From Chloroflexota bacterium (GTDB lineage Bacteria; Chloroflexota; Dehalococcoidia; Lucifugimonadales; UBA3495): a stretch of DNA of 36,763 nucleotides. Positions 17,383 to 26,180 of this stretch are shown here, one piece after another. The position numbers and the translations under genes are program-made. Location: assembly GCA_027623675.1 (NCBI GenBank), contig JAQBVF010000033.1, positions 1 through 36,763 on the forward strand, given 5' to 3'. Position 1 is the first letter of the stretch; each line of letters starts with the position of its first letter. The notes below the pieces were generated by a model, which made no database searches, was not told the DNA's origin, and worked only from the letters and a program-made list of their open reading frames with translations.

Positions 17383-19056
17383 ATGGCCAAGTTAACTGGA
17401 GCCCATCTCTTCATCCGCTGCCTCAAGATGGAAGGCATCGAGAAGGTGTTCACCATAGTCGGCGACACGATCCTGCCGCTGGTGGATGCGGCGGAAGACG
17501 AGGGCATCCAGTTCATCGACGCCCGCCACGAAGGCGCCGCCCTGCACATGGCCGACGGCTACGCCCGAATCACGGGCCGGCCGGCCGTGGGCATGTTCAC
17601 CGGCGGCCCCGGTTTCTCCAACGCCATATCGGCCCTCCCCGCCATCTACACGTCCGAGAGTCCGGTCATCTTCATCGCCGGGGCCGCCGAACTGCCGCAG
17701 AAGGGGATGACGGCCTTCCAAGAGATCGACCAGATCGGCATGACCACCCCGGTGACCAAGGGCTCGTGGATGATTCACGACAAGACCCGGATCCCCGAGT
17801 TCGTGGCCACCGCCTTCCGCACCGCCACCACCGGACGGCCCGGCCCGGTGCACCTGACCCTGCCCATCGACCTGCAAGAGGTTGAGATCTCGGAAGACGA
17901 CCTGCCTCGGTACATGCCCCAAGAGTACCGTCCAATGGGACGGCCTCAGGGTGACCCCACGTTGATCGAACAGGCCGCGACTCTATTGAAGGGCGCCAAG
18001 AAACCGGTGATCATCGCCGGCAACCCCGCGCGCTACTCGGTAGACCCGGCCCAGCTGCAGGAATTGGCCGAGTCCACCGGCATACCCGTGTTCACCGTGG
18101 AACAGGCCCGGGGTCTGCTGGACGACGAACACCCGCTGTGCTTCGGGTACGCCGACGGGGCACTGAACCCCACCGCCAGACGCTTCCGCGAGGCCGACGT
18201 TGTGCTGCTCTTGGGCAAACGGCTGGACCACCGGTACCGCTACGGAGGCGTGTTCGCAGACTCGGCCAAACTGGTCCAAGCCGACCCCTCCGCCGCTGAG
18301 ATCGGCCGCAACCGGGGCGTTGCCGTGGGGATCGAGGGCGACCTGGGCGCGGTGGTGGAGCAGATCACCGCCGCCTGCAAAGCCGTGAGCACCAAGGAGA
18401 ACATCGCACCTTGGGTGGCGACGCTGACGAGCGACGCCGCGGCATGGGACGCGGAGCTCAGGGCCAAGGCCGACGGCCAAGAGCCGATGCACCCCCTGGA
18501 CGTGTACACCAACCTGGAACAGCATCTGGACGAAGACACAGTCCTGGTGATGGACGGCGGCGACTACGTGCAGTGGGGCCGGTCGTTCTTGAAGGCCCGC
18601 AAACCCGGCCGGTTCCAGAGGCTGGGCCCGCTCAGCCACCTGGGGGCGGCGGTTCCCTACGCCATGGCGGCCAAGCTGGCGTATCCGGAGAGCAAGGTCC
18701 TGGCCTTCTCGGGTGACGGGGCCTTCGGGTTTTATTCCATGGAATACGACACCTGCATCCGGCACAACATCAACATCACCACCGTGCTGGGCAACGACCA
18801 CACGTGGGGCATCGACAAGACATTCCAGATGGCCTACTACAACCGCGCGGTGGGGACCGACCTGCGGCCCATACGCTACGACAAGGTGGTGGAGGCCATC
18901 GGCGCCTACACCGAGCACGTGGACAAACCCGCGGACGTCGGCCCGGCGGTGGGAAGAGCCCTCGATTCGGGCCGTCCTGCCTTGGTTGACGTTGCGATCA
19001 GATCTGGGGCAAGTCCGCTGGCCGATGCGATGATCGCCCGGAGGACCGGCGGATAG
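17383..19056 (+). CDS. Thiamine pyrophosphate-binding enzyme (acetolactate synthase-like / 2-hydroxyacyl-CoA lyase-like)
   Basis: RHEGAALHMADGYAR, GRPGPVHL, TPP motif GDGAFGF...GND. GGAGG SD. Confidence 0.9.
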   Translation: MAKLTGAHLFIRCLKMEGIEKVFTIVGDTILPLVDAAEDEGIQFIDARHEGAALHMADGYARITGRPAVGMFTGGPGFSNAISALPAIYTSESPVIFIAGAAELPQKGMTAFQEIDQIGMTTPVTKGSWMIHDKTRIPEFVATAFRTATTGRPGPVHLTLPIDLQEVEISEDDLPRYMPQEYRPMGRPQGDPTLIEQAATLLKGAKKPVIIAGNPARYSVDPAQLQELAESTGIPVFTVEQARGLLDDEHPLCFGYADGALNPTARRFREADVVLLLGKRLDHRYRYGGVFADSAKLVQADPSAAEIGRNRGVAVGIEGDLGAVVEQITAACKAVSTKENIAPWVATLTSDAAAWDAELRAKADGQEPMHPLDVYTNLEQHLDEDTVLVMDGGDYVQWGRSFLKARKPGRFQRLGPLSHLGAAVPYAMAAKLAYPESKVLAFSGDGAFGFYSMEYDTCIRHNINITTVLGNDHTWGIDKTFQMAYYNRAVGTDLRPIRYDKVVEAIGAYTEHVDKPADVGPAVGRALDSGRPALVDVAIRSGASPLADAMIARRTGG

Positions 19057-19194
19057 TACTTGGGTTACGTAATCCGTCGCAATTAAGTGCATCGACATCA
19101 TTTAATCGCTGAAATATTTACGACACCCACAAATATCACTTAAAGCATTGAAGTTTATCTGGTAGACGAATACACTTAGACCCAGGAAATAGTC

Positions 19195-19223
19195 TTGACA
19201 AATAAATAGCTCGCCGCTATTGT
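19195..19223 (+). promoter_or_regulatory. Near-consensus sigma70 promoter
   Basis: TTGACA, 17-nt spacer, TATTGT, within an AT-rich intergenic region. Confidence 0.7.
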
Positions 19224-19278
19224 TTGGGACAAGGCTAAGAACCCAAGCCCAGCTATATATATTTTGGGAGGGACAGGC

Positions 19279-20553
19279 ATGTTAAAGATCGGCCACAAGG
19301 TCGTTAGGCCTGGAATGTACGTTGGTGACGAGCCCGTCACGATTCCGGTTCCCGAGGAACTGGAAACGGTGCCAGGCATCCCACTGAACCGCCGCGAGAT
19401 TGACTGGTACGCCAGGGAGTATCCCCTGGAAACCATGAACATCACCGAGAGGGCCTCTCGCGACTGGGCCAACACAATACGCGACACACACGTAGAGATG
19501 CGTGAGATCCGCAAAGAACACGACAACCTCAACCGGCCATTGATCATGGCCGCCCGCATGACCGGCGACCAAGAGCCGACAGCGGAAGCCACTGGTGAGG
19601 ACGTAACTGAAGTCATCAAGGCCAAGTGCCGCGAGCTGGGTTACATCGAAGTGGGCTTCACCGCCTACGACCACCACTATACCTATCAGTCGAAGAAGGA
19701 CTGGGTGAAATTCCCCCACGCCCTCTGCTTGGCCTACGAGCAGGACTTCGAACCGACCCAGACGATTCCCAGCGTTGACGCCGAGATCGTCCACTCCAGC
19801 ACCTACCGCACCGAAGGCGCGGCCGGTCTGGAAGTTGCCAAGTTCATCCAGAGCTTGGGCTACCGCGCCCAGGTTCACAGCCCGAATGACAACACCGGCC
19901 CCTACATCCCCATGTTTGTAGCAGCCGGTCTTGGTTCCTTGGGCGCTTGCGGCTACCTGCTGACACCCCATGTCGGCTCCCGCTGCCGCATCATGATCAT
20001 CACCACCGACGCCAACGTAACCCATGACGAGCCGGTAGACTATGGCATCCACGCCTTCTGCCAGGTCTGTCAGGTTTGCGTGAACCGCTGCCCCGGCCGC
20101 GCCCTGATGCGCGACAAGGTGTGGTGGAGAGGCATCGAGAAGAACAAGCTCTACTTCAAGCGCTGCCGCCCCGTGATGGCCCGCTATCTCGGCTGTGGTA
20201 TCTGCATGAAGGTATGCCCCATCCAGAAGTATGGAATGGGCACAGTGATGGAGCACTACGCAGCCACCGGTCAGGTGCTCGGTAAGGGTACGCACGACCT
20301 GGAAGGCTACGAGATTGAGGGCAAGGGCTACTTCGGACCTGGCGAACTGCCGGTGTTCGAGCGCGAGTTCTTCAACTCCATGCCCAACGGAGACACCGAG
20401 AACTGGGCATTCGAGAACCTCAAGAAGCAGGCCGTGGAAGCTGGCGGCGAAGTCAGCGACGCGATGCTGGAAGAGTTCCGGCAGACCCTGCAGGTCGGTC
20501 TCGGCCAGAGCCGTGACAACCTCGCCATGATGGAGATGGAAGACTACATCTAG
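19279..20553 (+). CDS. Reductive dehalogenase/QueG-like cobalamin- and 2x[4Fe-4S]-binding protein
   Basis: AAGLGSLG...LLTPHVGSRCRIMIITTD, then FCQVCQVCVNRCP and C-x9-CGICMKVCP. GGGAGG SD. No TAT leader. Confidence 0.82.
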   Translation: MLKIGHKVVRPGMYVGDEPVTIPVPEELETVPGIPLNRREIDWYAREYPLETMNITERASRDWANTIRDTHVEMREIRKEHDNLNRPLIMAARMTGDQEPTAEATGEDVTEVIKAKCRELGYIEVGFTAYDHHYTYQSKKDWVKFPHALCLAYEQDFEPTQTIPSVDAEIVHSSTYRTEGAAGLEVAKFIQSLGYRAQVHSPNDNTGPYIPMFVAAGLGSLGACGYLLTPHVGSRCRIMIITTDANVTHDEPVDYGIHAFCQVCQVCVNRCPGRALMRDKVWWRGIEKNKLYFKRCRPVMARYLGCGICMKVCPIQKYGMGTVMEHYAATGQVLGKGTHDLEGYEIEGKGYFGPGELPVFEREFFNSMPNGDTENWAFENLKKQAVEAGGEVSDAMLEEFRQTLQVGLGQSRDNLAMMEMEDYI

Positions 20554-20587
20554 AGTAGCCAACCTGACCCACCTAAACGTAGGTAAC

Positions 20588-20624
20588 AAAAAGAGGCCGG
20601 CGAGTATTCGCCGGCCTCTTTTTT
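20588..20624. terminator. Bidirectional intrinsic terminator
   Basis: AAAAAGAGGCCGGCGA-gtat-TCGCCGGCCTCTTTTTT. Confidence 0.9.
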
Positions 20625-20656
20625 ATGCCCGGTTCCCGAGAGCCACAACCAGAATC

Positions 20657-20930
20657 TTAAACCCGGCCGTCCCCGGTCCGCCCGCACTGTCCATCCTCCG
20701 AAGCATATCGAACGTCCCTGCACAGCCCTACCCTATTCCCCTCAGTCGCCAAATCGGAGCCGTCGGACCGTCGCTCCCCCGATACATCGAAGAGCCTCTG
20801 GGCTCTGTCCAGACCTCTTCATCGGCGGTTGTGATCCGCGCATCTCATGGGCCATCAGGGCTTTTCGCTGCCGAACAGGACCCAACGCAAACTGGACCGG
20901 TGATGAACCGGCGCCCCGTCGACCGTCCAA
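20657..20930 (-). ncRNA. Candidate structured RNA (long imperfect rod), family unknown
   Basis: About ten nested short helices centred near 20805, with G-U pairs favouring the minus strand. Lies between two terminators. Confidence 0.35.
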
Positions 20931-20954
20931 GGGATACCAAAGAAGGGCACAACG

Positions 20955-20984
20955 AAAAGGGCCGGAGCATCGCGCTCCGGCCCT
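20955..20984 (-). terminator. Intrinsic terminator of the pentapeptide-TIR gene
   Basis: 11-bp stem AGGGCCGGAGC/GCTCCGGCCCT followed by UUU on the minus strand. Confidence 0.75.
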
Positions 20985-21018
20985 AAGCATCCATCGCTTT
21001 GGCTTGTGTTGCGGCCCC

Positions 21019-22293
21019 TTAGAGTTGGTCGGCGCTCATCTCGGAGACTGGGATGCCGGCGCTGGCCGGCTGGTCCTGCTTGAGGGCCTCGGCCAGGCGG
21101 GCAACCTCTTTCTGGTAGGTCTCTCGGTCGCTTTGTTGGCCGCTCAGGTCGAAGATGACGTGCTCGGCGGCCAGGTTCCGGGCGAACCGGGCCTTTGGCT
21201 CCTTGAGCGTGTCGTCGGTCGCCGCCAAGAAAAGGCTCCACGTCTCCGTGGCGAGCTGCATCTGCTTGGCGGCGGTGATATCGTTCAAAACTGTTTCCAC
21301 TTCCAGCGAAGCGGCCGACCCCAGCACCACCATCTTGTCGTACGCCCGGAGCCAGCGCTCGACCTCCTCCTGCTCCGAGGCGCTATGCCGGTCCACCAAC
21401 GCGTTGCCGCGCACCTCCTGAGAGAACACCCAACAGCGAACACCCTGTGCCCGCAGGTCGTCCCGCAGCGCTTTGGCTATCTCCTGGTCCTCATCGATAC
21501 ATGAGATGAAGCACTCCCGCAAGCTGGTGGTGTCCGCCTCGGCGGCCGCCAAGAACCCGTTGGCCGCGGCGGGCAGACCGACCCCGACCAAGAACGATTC
21601 GGGGATCTGCCCGTGGGAGCGGAATAACGTGTCCAAGCCCAGGGTGCTGGGGCAGTCGTGGCGGATCTGATCCAGGCCTTTCACGCCGCTTAGGTCGCAG
21701 TCTTGGAAGATGGAGTAACCCAGCAGACTGCCGGTCAGGTCCGTGCCGGTCATCTCGACGCTCCAGAACTGGGTCTGGAAAAAGTCGCTGTTGGCGCAGA
21801 TGGCATTGGTCATATTGGCCCGGACCAGCGACGCACCGGCGAAACTGGCGCCGGTCAGATCGGCGTCGGTCAGGTTGGCCCCGGCAAAGCTGACCCGGGA
21901 GAGGTTGGCGTTAACCAGCTTGGCGCCGGTGAGGTTGGCCTCGGACAAGACAGCCCGGTCCAGGTCGGCGCCGGTGAGGTCGGCCCCCCGCAGGTCGGCG
22001 CCGCGCAGGTTGGCCCCGTTCAGCCTGGCGCGGGTCATGTTGGTCTCTCTTAGATTAGCGTGGTACAGGTGGCAGGGGTTCATGTAGCAGCCTGAGAGGT
22101 TGGCTCGCTGCAATACCGCGCCCATCAGGTCAGAATTTCTGACATCGGCGCCGCTGATGTTCACCTGGGGCGCCCGAACGTAGCTCATGTAGGCTGCGTT
22201 CAGGTCAAGATTGTCTTCGGGGTTCGCCTCCCGCCAGCGGGCAACGTGGTCGCGGCCCCGCTTAACGAGTTGAACGTGCTCCATATTAGCCAT
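21019..22293 (-). CDS. Pentapeptide-repeat protein with C-terminal TIR-like domain
   Basis: Long A(D/N)LxG repeats, then CFISC...AKALRDDLRAQGVRCW...YDKMVVLGS. ATG 22293 with GGAG SD. Confidence 0.88.
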   Translation of the reverse strand: MANMEHVQLVKRGRDHVARWREANPEDNLDLNAAYMSYVRAPQVNISGADVRNSDLMGAVLQRANLSGCYMNPCHLYHANLRETNMTRARLNGANLRGADLRGADLTGADLDRAVLSEANLTGAKLVNANLSRVSFAGANLTDADLTGASFAGASLVRANMTNAICANSDFFQTQFWSVEMTGTDLTGSLLGYSIFQDCDLSGVKGLDQIRHDCPSTLGLDTLFRSHGQIPESFLVGVGLPAAANGFLAAAEADTTSLRECFISCIDEDQEIAKALRDDLRAQGVRCWVFSQEVRGNALVDRHSASEQEEVERWLRAYDKMVVLGSAASLEVETVLNDITAAKQMQLATETWSLFLAATDDTLKEPKARFARNLAAEHVIFDLSGQQSDRETYQKEVARLAEALKQDQPASAGIPVSEMSADQL

Positions 22294-22356
22294 GGTATTC
22301 GCTCCAGACCAGATTCGGATTCGGGCCATGGTTGGCCCGTGGACCGGCGGGGTGTA

Positions 22357-22710
22357 TTAGCCGCCGGGTTTAATGATCGCCCGTTTGTGGGTGCCTTCGC
22401 CGATCTTCCGGTCGGCGTCGTAAGCCTCCACCTTGAAGGTCAGACGATTGCGGTCAATCTCGACCAACTCGGCATGGGCCACGATGGTCGCGCCGATGTC
22501 GGCCGCTGCCAGATGCCGCACGTTGACTTCGATTCCAACCGAGACCTCGCCTTCTTGCAGGTGGTCGGCGACCCCAGCCGAGGCCGCCTGCTCCATGAGT
22601 GAGATCATGGAGGGAGTGCTGAATTTGCCGACGTGACTCGCCACGTTGTGCTCGCAGACCAGCGTCTGCTTCTGCCCTTTTAAACCTGGATCTATCCCGG
22701 GGCTAGCCAT
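22357..22710 (-). CDS. Hotdog-fold thioesterase (fluoroacetyl-CoA thioesterase FlK-like)
   Basis: STPSMISLMEQAA, SVGIEVNVRHLAA, IGEGTHKRAII (Thr/Glu/His triad pattern). Confidence 0.85.
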   Translation of the reverse strand: MASPGIDPGLKGQKQTLVCEHNVASHVGKFSTPSMISLMEQAASAGVADHLQEGEVSVGIEVNVRHLAAADIGATIVAHAELVEIDRNRLTFKVEAYDADRKIGEGTHKRAIIKPGG

Positions 22711-22922
22711 GCCGTTCACTCTCCTGGCCGATCGGGCCGGTTCTCGCTTTGGCCGTGCGCCCACCCATAATAGCAGATAGTCCGCCAGGCGCAATCCACG
22801 CCTTTGGCAATGGCGGAATCCCGCCCCGGCAGATCGGGCCGGTGTTAACCGGAACCAACAACGCCTATAATGTAAGTTGCGTCATTTCAAAGCGCGCACA
22901 GAACGCCTTAAGGGACCCCTAG

Positions 22923-23849
22923 ATGCCAACCAAGAGAGATTTTTTATCCGTAACCGGCCTCAGTCCGGACGAGACGCTGGCCCTGCTCCAGCGCGCCCGC
23001 GACACCAAGTTGGCAGAACCGGAAAACCTGGGCAAGCCTCTGTCCGGCAAATCGGTGGCCATCTTGTTCGATAAGCCGTCACTGCGCACGCGGGTCAGCT
23101 TCCAGGTGGGTATCCAGGAGTTGGGCGGCTACTCGGTGTTCCTGGGCCAGCAGGAAGTTGGGCTGGGCAACCGGGAACCGGTGTCGGATGTTGCCAAAGT
23201 CCTATCCGGCTATGTGGACTGCATCGTGGCCCGCATCTCCGACCACGGCTTGATCGCCGGGCTGGCCGAACATGCTAGCGTGCCGGTGGTGAATGCCCTC
23301 TCCGACGTGGAACACCCATGCCAGATCATGGCCGACCTGCTGACCATCTACGAGCACAAAAGCAAGTTAGAAGGCCTCACGCTGGCCTACGTGGGTGACG
23401 GGAATAACGTTGCTCGAAGTTTGTGTTTGGCGCTGCCGGCCATGGGGATGAATTTCAACATTGCCTCACCCCAGGGCTATAATCTAGATGAGGACTCTGT
23501 TGCAACCGCCCGGTCACGGGCCAACGGCGGAGGCCAAGTCCGGACCATGACCGAGCCGGAAGACGCGGTGGCCGGCGCCGATGTGGTGTACACCGACGTT
23601 TGGGCCAGCATGGGCCAGGAGGCGGAGACCCAGGTCCGCCAGTCGGCATTTGACGGCTACACCGTGGACCCCGAGTTAATGACCAAAGCCAACGCCGGCG
23701 CGCTGTTCATGCACGACATGCCCGCCCATTACGGTGAAGAAGTAACACCAGGCATGTTGGAGCATCCGCAGTCGGTGGCCTTTCCGCAGGCCCACAACCG
23801 GTTGCACGCCCAAAAAGCCATATTGGAATTCTTCCTCGCCGGGAAATAG
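22923..23849 (+). CDS. argF: Ornithine carbamoyltransferase
   Basis: KPSLRTRVSF, HPCQIMAD, GDGNNVA, YTDVWASMGQE, MHDMPAH. Confidence 0.95.
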   Translation: MPTKRDFLSVTGLSPDETLALLQRARDTKLAEPENLGKPLSGKSVAILFDKPSLRTRVSFQVGIQELGGYSVFLGQQEVGLGNREPVSDVAKVLSGYVDCIVARISDHGLIAGLAEHASVPVVNALSDVEHPCQIMADLLTIYEHKSKLEGLTLAYVGDGNNVARSLCLALPAMGMNFNIASPQGYNLDEDSVATARSRANGGGQVRTMTEPEDAVAGADVVYTDVWASMGQEAETQVRQSAFDGYTVDPELMTKANAGALFMHDMPAHYGEEVTPGMLEHPQSVAFPQAHNRLHAQKAILEFFLAGK

Positions 23850-23921
23850 TCCCGGCCGCGGGTTTGGCGGCCCCGCAGATCCCCAGATCCTCCCGGAAAC
23901 CGACCGGAAATTGGTGTTGAA

Positions 23922-25283
23922 TTGTCCCTTCCCATAGTCGCAATCATAGGCCGCCCCAACGTGGGCAAATCGTCTCTGTTCAACCGTATCGTTGGCCGTA
24001 GACAGGCGATCGTCAGCGATGTGGCGGGCACGACCCGCGACCGCCTGATGGCCGACGCCTGGTGGGACGACTACCATTTCATCCTGCTGGATACCGGCGG
24101 CCTGGAGCCCCACCCCGAGGGCGTGATCAGGCAGTTGGTCCAAGAGCAGGCGGCGATGGCTGTGGCCGATGCCGATGTGATTATCTTTGTGACCGACGTT
24201 GTTGAAGGCATGACCCCCGCCGACATGGACGCCGCCGAGATGCTGCGGTACACCAAGAAGCCGGTGGTGCTGGCCGCCAACAAGGTGGACAACGACACGC
24301 GTGAGTTCGGCACTCCCGAGTTCTACAGCCTGGGCATGGGCGACCCTGAACCCATCAGCGCCTTTCACAACTACGGCATCCACGGACTTATGGAGCGGGT
24401 CACTTCGTATCTGGAGCCGGACCCCACTACGCTGGACGACAGCATGGAGCAGCTGGATGACGCGGCGCCAGTCTTCCAGCACGGCGCCCTCAACCTGGCC
24501 ATCGTCGGTCGTACCAACGTGGGCAAGTCCAGCCTGCTGAACGCCATCCTGGGGGAGGAACGGTCCATCGTTAGCGAGGTTGCCGGCACGACCAGAGACG
24601 CCCTGGACACCGAGATCACCTACAACGGCCGCGACGTGGTGGTCATCGACACCGCCGGTATACGGCGGCCCGGCCAGGTGGAGAAGGGCATCGAGAAGTA
24701 CAGCGTGATCCGGGCCGTGAACGCCGTGAACCGCAGCGACATTACCCTGCTGGTGACCGACGCCTCGGAGCTGGCCACCGGCCAGGACGCCCATATAGCC
24801 GGGTTGGCCTGGGACATATGCCGGGGACTGATCATAGTCATCAACAAATGGGACCTGTTCGCCGACGAAGGCATGGGCGCCCGCTACCGCGCCGCCGCCA
24901 CCGTGCGCGACCGGCTGCATTTCATGCCCTATGTTCCCATCTGCTTCACCTCCGCGCTGGAGGGCGAGGGCATCAAAGCGGTGATGGACACGGCGCAAGA
25001 GCTATATGCCGAGCGCATGAGACTGGTTCGCGCCCGCGACCTGCAATTCATGTTGGCCGACGCCCTGGCGGCGCACCAACCTCCGGTGGTCCGGAAACAC
25101 CGGGGCCAGCGGGTCCTGATCAACCGCTTGCAGCAGGTCGGCGTAAACCCGCCCACCTTCCTTTTCACGGTCAACAACCCCGAACTGGTACACTTCACCT
25201 ACCAGCGGTATCTGGAAAATAAGATACGCGAGAGATTCGGCTTCGACCGCACCCACCTGAAACTGGTATTCAGGGCCAAATGA
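23922..25283 (+). CDS. der: Ribosome biogenesis GTPase Der (EngA)
   Basis: Two tandem GTPase domains (GRPNVGKS/DTGG/NKVD and GRTNVGKS/DTAG/NKWD) plus a C-terminal PPTF...YQRYLENKIR. Confidence 0.97.
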   Translation: MSLPIVAIIGRPNVGKSSLFNRIVGRRQAIVSDVAGTTRDRLMADAWWDDYHFILLDTGGLEPHPEGVIRQLVQEQAAMAVADADVIIFVTDVVEGMTPADMDAAEMLRYTKKPVVLAANKVDNDTREFGTPEFYSLGMGDPEPISAFHNYGIHGLMERVTSYLEPDPTTLDDSMEQLDDAAPVFQHGALNLAIVGRTNVGKSSLLNAILGEERSIVSEVAGTTRDALDTEITYNGRDVVVIDTAGIRRPGQVEKGIEKYSVIRAVNAVNRSDITLLVTDASELATGQDAHIAGLAWDICRGLIIVINKWDLFADEGMGARYRAAATVRDRLHFMPYVPICFTSALEGEGIKAVMDTAQELYAERMRLVRARDLQFMLADALAAHQPPVVRKHRGQRVLINRLQQVGVNPPTFLFTVNNPELVHFTYQRYLENKIRERFGFDRTHLKLVFRAK

Positions 25284-25322
25284 GCCTGAGCGCGATTCCC
25301 TTGCATCGATAACCCAACAGGC

Positions 25323-26036
25323 ATGAACAGACCACCCACATCAATCATCGTCCAGGCCGTGGCCATCCCTTTCATCATCGCCGGGGTGGTGGCCGTCCCG
25401 CTGATAATGGACAACCGCTCCGAAGCGGCCCAATACAGCGTCGTGCTGCCCTTGGTTTACCTGCTTGGGTCCATATCCTGGGGCTACATGCTGCTCCAAT
25501 GGAAGATGGGGGTGGACGTCCGTCAATACGGCAGCGGGCGCACCGGTATGTCCAATGTGCTCCGCACCGGTGGGGTAAAGTCCGCCGCCGTGGTGTTCGC
25601 CTTAGACATCGCGAAAGGGGTTGTCGCGGTTCTGATCGCCAGGACCGTGATCGGCACCCCCGCCGCCGAGGTGTCCGCGGCCTTGATCGCCATGGCCGGA
25701 CACAATTGGCCGGTTTTCCTCCAGTTCAAGGGAGGCCGGGGCATCCTGACCGCGCTGGGAGGTCTGGTGGTGATAGCCCCACTAGCCGCGTTGATCGCCA
25801 CCGCCACATTCTTGGCCGTTGCCGGGTTGAGCCGGTACATCTCTCTGGGTTCCGTTATCGGCGTGACCATCGGCGCCATTTCGGTGGTGGTCCTGGCCGA
25901 CGTGCGCTCAGACACCAACATAATCTACGGGGTGATCGCCACTGCCGTGATAATCTGGCAGCACCGCGACAACATCCACCGCATCCGCGACGGCAGCGAA
26001 CGCCGCATCGGCCAGAGCGCCACCAAGGTCGAGTAA
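25323..26036 (+). CDS. plsY: Glycerol-3-phosphate acyltransferase PlsY
   Basis: YLLGSI, GSGRTGMSNVLR, DIAKG, GHNWPVFLQFKGGRG, HRDNIHRI. Lies in der-plsY-gpsA context. Confidence 0.93.
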   Translation: MNRPPTSIIVQAVAIPFIIAGVVAVPLIMDNRSEAAQYSVVLPLVYLLGSISWGYMLLQWKMGVDVRQYGSGRTGMSNVLRTGGVKSAAVVFALDIAKGVVAVLIARTVIGTPAAEVSAALIAMAGHNWPVFLQFKGGRGILTALGGLVVIAPLAALIATATFLAVAGLSRYISLGSVIGVTIGAISVVVLADVRSDTNIIYGVIATAVIIWQHRDNIHRIRDGSERRIGQSATKVE

Positions 26037-26180
26037 CCCCCAACTCCCCTTTTTTATCCATTATTTCCGGTAAATCCCCTACTCCCAGGCTCTCTGAGCC
26101 TGGACTCCCCACCCATTTCTCAATAGACTAAACCTATCCAGGCTCGAGAAGGGCATACATGCCTGCTCCACGGTTGTTAA

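Noticed and set aside
19279..20553. Evidence for organohalide respiration
   Set aside because: No TAT leader, no rdhB and no associated respiratory or corrinoid genes in the window.
19282..20589. Long antisense ORFs (also 293-1177, 17983-19101, 23676-24998, 31949-33154)
   Set aside because: Shadow frames of high-GC3 genes on the opposite strand, with no protein motifs.
20657..20930. SRP RNA, RNase P RNA or tmRNA identity for the rod
   Set aside because: No SRP CAGG..GNRA..GCAG domain IV motif, no RNase P GAGGAAAGUCC, no tmRNA-like ends.
20742..20990. 82-aa minus-strand ORF as the content of this spacer
   Set aside because: It begins across a terminator hairpin, has no SD and shows no recognisable motif.
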